Source of the DNA: Promethearchaeota archaeon
GTDB taxonomy: Archaea; Asgardarchaeota; Lokiarchaeia; Sigyniarchaeales; SOKP01
Direction of reading: 5' to 3'
Length of the DNA stretch: 64,000 nucleotides
Assembly (NCBI GenBank): GCA_020343655.1
Contig: CP070805.1
Span: 1,955,145 to 2,019,144, forward strand
Positions 58,886 through 64,000 of this stretch are shown piece by piece. The notes beneath the pieces are model-generated. The model saw only the letters and a list, made by a program, of their open reading frames with translations. It was not told where the DNA came from and ran no database searches. Each line of letters opens with the position of its first letter. Positions within the stretch are counted from its first letter, which is position 1. The position numbers and the translations under genes are program-made.

Positions 58886-60613
58886 TTATAAAACTCCAGC
58901 ATCTTTTAATATTTGCTTGTGATCAAAGGCTAAATCCATCAATTTGATCTTATCAATTTCTATAGCCTCAGCAACAATAGCATCGTCTCCTCCTTTTAAT
59001 CTTGAAACATCTTTTACTATACGACATTGATATGCTGTTGATACAATTCTTCCACGTGGGTCTCGGCCTTTTTGATCATATGTCCCAATCTTTTTTATGA
59101 TCTCTACAGCTAGACCGGTTTCCTCTCTCACTTCTCTTATTATAGCTTGTTCCGGATCTTCATTGTATTTTATGAATCCACCAGGGAGGGCATATTTTCC
59201 TTTGTAAGGAGCATACTTTCTTTTAATTAATATTACATTTTGGTTATCATCTTGAATGACGGCATCAGCCGTATGTCCCAGTTCTGAAGCTTTTGAAACT
59301 ATTCTGACATATATAGTATATCCTACAATAATTATGACGAATGCTCCTAAAATTATCGAAAGTATTGTATGCAGTAACGGCGATGGTTGAACTGTTTCTT
59401 CTATGGCAAAAGAAACTCTTATTGCATTAGCAAATTCCACTATAAATCCTAAGCCAAATAGGACATTCAAGTAGTATATAGCCTTTTTTGTTCTTTTTTG
59501 GGTCTCTTCACTTCTCTTTAAATATAACTCTTGCAAAGAATCATATAGCATCGTGAATTTTTCATTTATTCTTCGTATAACTTCTTCAATACGAAATTTC
59601 CTAATTAAGTGGGTTAATATCCTTTTATAATGTTGACGTTGATTCCGATCCAACTCATTATAAATAAGGCTCATCTTAGTCTGAATCATTCCTCTTAAAA
59701 ATCTTAAATTTTTAGTTTTGTCTTCAATTCTCTCTAAGCTCATAAAGACATCGGAATATCTCTTCATAAATAAAACATCAAGAGAATGATTAATTGTCAT
59801 TAGCGCGAATAATACTGCTCTAATTTTTGTTGCTGGTTCTAATATATGTTCTATCATATATGGAAATTCTGATTCATAGTTTCTTTCTGCCATATAAATA
59901 AACCCAGAATTTCTCTTGATATAATGCAATTCAGATAACCGATTTGATAAATTCTTTTTAACCCTTCTTTCAAAAAGATCATCACTATAATCACGCCATT
60001 GACCAGCGTAAATTTGAGTCCAATATCCAAGAACTTTTCTATTCTTGTATACATTTTCCTCATCCCATTGAATTTCCATCGGTGTGGTTTTTGTGGATAT
60101 CACGAAAAGATAAATTGGGCTGTCTGTATCAAGAAGTAAATATTGATTTTCTTTTTTCTTACTAAATTCCTTTAAGATATCAAGTACTATAAATGGTACT
60201 TGTTGGATTAAGTCTGGTTTAATTTTCTCTTTTTTAAATGACTCATTTTTGAAATATTCTACTTCGAATTTAAAATAACCTAAAGTATTGTAAATCAAAT
60301 CTTTGTCATCTTCCGTATATGGATTATCCTCATCGATATAGGGGAAATTTTGGAAAAATGGTTCCCAATCACATTCAATTGAAATTGATTTAGCCATTTC
60401 TATTAAGATGTCTTTCTTTTCTTCAGCATAGGGAGTTTTTTCTAAAAATGTGAATACTTTTTTTAAATCATTATCACTTAGATCTTTTAATCTTTTTAAT
60501 AATAGAGCTTCTATTTCTTCTGCTTTAGTTTCTCCAATAAATTCATTTGTATTAATGAATGCACTAACATACCAGTATTCTTTTCTATATATAAATTGTA
60601 AATTTCCTTCCAT
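58886..60613 (-). CDS. CorA-like soluble domain plus 2TM fused to a C-terminal Nudix hydrolase
   Basis: Nudix box GGFIKYNEDPEQAIIREVREETGL with RDPRG, GDDA, LAFDH; two TM helices preceded by a long helix. The CorA-like call is by architecture only. Confidence 0.8.
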   Translation of the reverse strand: MEGNLQFIYRKEYWYVSAFINTNEFIGETKAEEIEALLLKRLKDLSDNDLKKVFTFLEKTPYAEEKKDILIEMAKSISIECDWEPFFQNFPYIDEDNPYTEDDKDLIYNTLGYFKFEVEYFKNESFKKEKIKPDLIQQVPFIVLDILKEFSKKKENQYLLLDTDSPIYLFVISTKTTPMEIQWDEENVYKNRKVLGYWTQIYAGQWRDYSDDLFERRVKKNLSNRLSELHYIKRNSGFIYMAERNYESEFPYMIEHILEPATKIRAVLFALMTINHSLDVLFMKRYSDVFMSLERIEDKTKNLRFLRGMIQTKMSLIYNELDRNQRQHYKRILTHLIRKFRIEEVIRRINEKFTMLYDSLQELYLKRSEETQKRTKKAIYYLNVLFGLGFIVEFANAIRVSFAIEETVQPSPLLHTILSIILGAFVIIIVGYTIYVRIVSKASELGHTADAVIQDDNQNVILIKRKYAPYKGKYALPGGFIKYNEDPEQAIIREVREETGLAVEIIKKIGTYDQKGRDPRGRIVSTAYQCRIVKDVSRLKGGDDAIVAEAIEIDKIKLMDLAFDHKQILKDAGVL

Positions 60614-60820
60614 TTTTATTTGCCCTTAATTGTTTAAAGAGGTTAAATTATTATTAAAATACTATTCTATTTATTACTTTTTTTTTAAAATTAGCTTTAT
60701 TTTTTTTTTTTAGTTTCCAATTTTTCTGAGCTGATTTCAAGCTGTTTTAAAAGGTTTATATACAATAGCACTTTCACTTTAATTAATTAGATTTCCAATA
60801 TTAAATTTGAGTTGACACAA

Positions 60821-63800
60821 ATGACTAAAAAGAAGCAAATATTTAATTTATTAATAGTTTTCTTTATTATTTTGATAATTGGATATCTAGGTGAAAATCT
60901 AGCTACAAATTATGCAGAAACAGTAGAAGATAAAACACAAAAGAACCTTAGGAATTCTGGTTATTGGGTACTTGATTTTATACATGTTAAGGGTAATTGG
61001 ACTCAAACAAATTCTACCTTTGATTGGTGTTCTGGTTCCGGAACAGAAATTGATCCGTATTTGATTGAAAATGTTGTTATAGATGGCCAAAATTCAAGCA
61101 GTTGTATAATAATTGAAAATACAAGAGAATATTTTGAAATAAAAAATTGTACTTTATATAATGCGGGAGCCGAACAAATTCCAGAATATGATTGTGGAAT
61201 CAGAATAGAAAATTGTAGTAATGGAAAATTAATTAATAATAATATTTCATTTAATAATTTCATCGGTATGTATCTTGATGATTGTAATAATACTGTTATT
61301 CAAGGTAATAATGTTTCACACAATGAATGGAGTGCAATTTATCTATTATTCTGTCAAGACTGTAAGATTGTTGGAAATAATGTATATAATAATTCTCGAG
61401 AAGGAGCCTATCTTACACGTTCTGATTACTTAACTGTATTAGATAATACATTTATTAATAATTCTGAGAGTGGTGTAAGTTCATATCAAAGTGACCATTG
61501 TTACTTCAAAAATAATACAGCCTCATTTAATTTAGAGTCCGGATTTCAACTATTGTCGATATTTAATAATACAGTGATTAATAACACCATAAATAACAAT
61601 GGTGCTCACGGATTATTGTTAAATGATGCTAATAATTGTACCATTATAAGAAATATAGCAAATAATAATACTGGAACTATGGCTGCGGGAATTTTCTTGG
61701 GCAATGGTAATTATAATTCATTCTTAGGCAATATAGCAGAATTTAATTATTGGGCTGGGATTTTCTTTCAAGGAACCTGTCTTTTTAATAATGTAACAAG
61801 AAATAATTTGACTTATAGTGGTGTAACTGGGTTATATTTTTGGGGTGCATTTGGACCTATTGAACAAAATATTATTTCAGGAAACAATATAACTAATCCT
61901 GGTGAGGAGGGGATACAACTAGCAGTCTGTCAATTTAATACAGTTGTAGGAAACAATATCGATGATAATAATTATGGGGTGCTCTTAAACAGTTGTAATA
62001 ATACCTCTATTTCTGGAAATACAATAAAAAATAGTTTCAATAACGGAATATATTTAGTAAATTTTAATGAGAATAATACTATCTCAGGAAATGTTATTGT
62101 CAATCAAAGTTGGGGGATACGTATAATAAACAGAAATAAGAATAATAAAATAATTAATAATAATATTTCAGAGAGTCGGAGTTCAGGTATTCATGTTGAT
62201 TTCTTAAATGATTTAAATATTATCTCTGGAAATATTATAGATAATAGCGATGAGGATGGTATATACCTTTCTGATGAGTGTACAAAAAATGTCATTTCTG
62301 GAAATACTATTGATAATAACAGTCTTAATGGAATTCTATTAGAGGATGAGTGCAATAATAATACAATTATGGGTAATACTATAAAAAGCAATGATAATAA
62401 TGGGATTTCTCTAGATAATAACTGTTATAATAATACTATAATTGGAAATAATATTTATAATAACTCGAATTTTGGGCTTTATTTAGATGACCATTGTGAA
62501 AGAAACGAAATTTCTGGTAATAATCAAATATGGAACAATTCTAACGGGATTTTCCTCTATACCTGTGATCATACTATAATAAATAACAATGATATTTACA
62601 ACAATAGCGGATATATAGCATGGATGCAATATAACAACTATACAACCTTTTGTAATAATAATATATATGAAAATGATTTATACATGTATATTCATAGTTG
62701 TTATTTTAGCAATTATTCTGACAATATAATTATAAATAACGCAGATCACGGATTATATCTTCTAAGTTGTGAAAATAATACTATTTCAGGAAATACCATA
62801 ACTAATAATGAAAAAAATGGAATTTATTTAAGAAATAGTATTAATCATACCATTACTGGTAATATTATCAAGTATAATGATGAAAAGGGAATTTATGTAG
62901 AGAATAGTAATAATACTAGTCTTACTGGGAATATTATTACAGATAATGGTGAAAACGGAATATATTTACTAACCAGTAATTATAATAATATTACCGGAAA
63001 TTATCTGATTTGTTATTTGGAATGCATTTTAGAGGATACATGTGTAGGAAATATTATAGAAAATAATGAGTATTACGTAAATCTCACCAGCATTCCTGTT
63101 TTCATAGATGGTAATAGTCAATGGAGTTCTATTGCAAGTTCAGAGTTTTGGTGTAGCGGTTCTGGAACTTTTAATGATCCATACGTTATATCTCATGTTT
63201 ATATCAATGGACAAGATTCCGGCTCCTGTATCTTAATCCAAAACACTACAGCTTATTTTACAATCGAGGAAAGTATTATATTTAATTCAGGATCAGGGAA
63301 TTATGACGCTGGTATCAAATTTATTAATGTAACCAATGGAAATATAATAAATAATAATTGTTCATTAAATCTTGGTTCAGGGATTATATTGTTATATTGC
63401 TCCAATATGACGATTTTAAACAATATCATGGAAAATAACCCTAATAGTTATGGATGTTGGCTAATTTGGAGTGATAATAATAATCTTACTGGAAACACTG
63501 CGTATAATAATAATATTGGAATTGGTCTGAATTATAGTAACTTTAATGATATCATTGGTAATTTTTTAGATTTTAATAGCTACGGTGTGACACTAGGGCA
63601 TAGTAATAACAATACTATTATGGGAAACACCTTAAATAATAATTCCTTACATGGTATCTTTTTATATTTCAGTGATTACAACTTCATTTCAGGGAACATC
63701 ATAAATGGTAATGAACACTATGGAGTATATCTATTTTCAAGCGATTATAACACGATTTCATTTAACACATTTATTTTTAATGTGGAAGGGATTGTTGAAA

Positions 63801-64000
63801 ACGGAACTAGCACTGGAAATGTTTTTGAAGATAATGATATTGTAAATAGAGATAGTGATGGTGACGGGTTACCAGTCCAACCTGATAACTTAATATTTAT
63901 TATAATTGCTGCTGCTGGAATTAGCGTGGGAGTAATGGGAACTATTATTTATACACAATATAGAAGAATTAAACGAAGAAAAAGAACCGATTGGGTTAAA
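60821..64000 (+). CDS. Large surface right-handed parallel beta-helix (NosD/CASH-like) protein, type I membrane, runs off the right edge
   Basis: ATG 60821, signal-like hydrophobic stretch, many GIYL..NNTISGN repeats, two WCSGSGT..DPY caps (about 61025 and 63148), TM LIFIIIAAAGISVGVMGTIIY then RRIKRRKR; no stop seen. Absent from ORF track. Confidence 0.88.
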   Translation, partial: MTKKKQIFNLLIVFFIILIIGYLGENLATNYAETVEDKTQKNLRNSGYWVLDFIHVKGNWTQTNSTFDWCSGSGTEIDPYLIENVVIDGQNSSSCIIIENTREYFEIKNCTLYNAGAEQIPEYDCGIRIENCSNGKLINNNISFNNFIGMYLDDCNNTVIQGNNVSHNEWSAIYLLFCQDCKIVGNNVYNNSREGAYLTRSDYLTVLDNTFINNSESGVSSYQSDHCYFKNNTASFNLESGFQLLSIFNNTVINNTINNNGAHGLLLNDANNCTIIRNIANNNTGTMAAGIFLGNGNYNSFLGNIAEFNYWAGIFFQGTCLFNNVTRNNLTYSGVTGLYFWGAFGPIEQNIISGNNITNPGEEGIQLAVCQFNTVVGNNIDDNNYGVLLNSCNNTSISGNTIKNSFNNGIYLVNFNENNTISGNVIVNQSWGIRIINRNKNNKIINNNISESRSSGIHVDFLNDLNIISGNIIDNSDEDGIYLSDECTKNVISGNTIDNNSLNGILLEDECNNNTIMGNTIKSNDNNGISLDNNCYNNTIIGNNIYNNSNFGLYLDDHCERNEISGNNQIWNNSNGIFLYTCDHTIINNNDIYNNSGYIAWMQYNNYTTFCNNNIYENDLYMYIHSCYFSNYSDNIIINNADHGLYLLSCENNTISGNTITNNEKNGIYLRNSINHTITGNIIKYNDEKGIYVENSNNTSLTGNIITDNGENGIYLLTSNYNNITGNYLICYLECILEDTCVGNIIENNEYYVNLTSIPVFIDGNSQWSSIASSEFWCSGSGTFNDPYVISHVYINGQDSGSCILIQNTTAYFTIEESIIFNSGSGNYDAGIKFINVTNGNIINNNCSLNLGSGIILLYCSNMTILNNIMENNPNSYGCWLIWSDNNNLTGNTAYNNNIGIGLNYSNFNDIIGNFLDFNSYGVTLGHSNNNTIMGNTLNNNSLHGIFLYFSDYNFISGNIINGNEHYGVYLFSSDYNTISFNTFIFNVEGIVENGTSTGNVFEDNDIVNRDSDGDGLPVQPDNLIFIIIAAAGISVGVMGTIIYTQYRRIKRRKRTDWVK

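Noticed and set aside
1324-62391. Numerous short antisense or nested ORFs in the track (e.g. 1324..1566, 4805..5116, 22431..22772, 24876..25397, 33436..33774, 55659..55856, 61003..61263, 62191..62391)
   Set aside because: They lie within well-supported genes and have shadow-ORF composition with no motifs.

Overview
AT-rich archaeal chromosomal segment, very probably an Asgard archaeon of Lokiarchaeia type. This is inferred from an actin-family gene, a Rab-like GTPase, longin-like proteins, a ubiquitin-like protein, an archaeal tRNA-intron endonuclease, PINA and an ASH-Ski2-type helicase. About 55 CDS; no rRNA, tRNA, CRISPR array or transposase was recognised. Housekeeping genes (guaB, purH, folD, nadA, threonine synthase-like, endA) are interspersed with candidate eukaryotic-signature genes. 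Highlights: (1) a ubiquitin-like gene ending GG-V that the ORF track missed because it appears to start at ATT, and two more genes that also need an ATT start; (2) a co-oriented NAD/ADP-ribose-themed run: a CorA-like 2TM protein fused to an intact Nudix domain, a 4TM protein, a 21-repeat WD40-TIR protein and nadA, with a convergent LRR gene; (3) an actin-related protein with two inserted zinc ribbons; (4) candidate UFL1-like, SSUH2-like and SIRT6-like proteins; (5) a regulator-dense acyltransferase/methyltransferase/ABC island with visible operators. All assignments come from reading motifs by eye; no searches were run.
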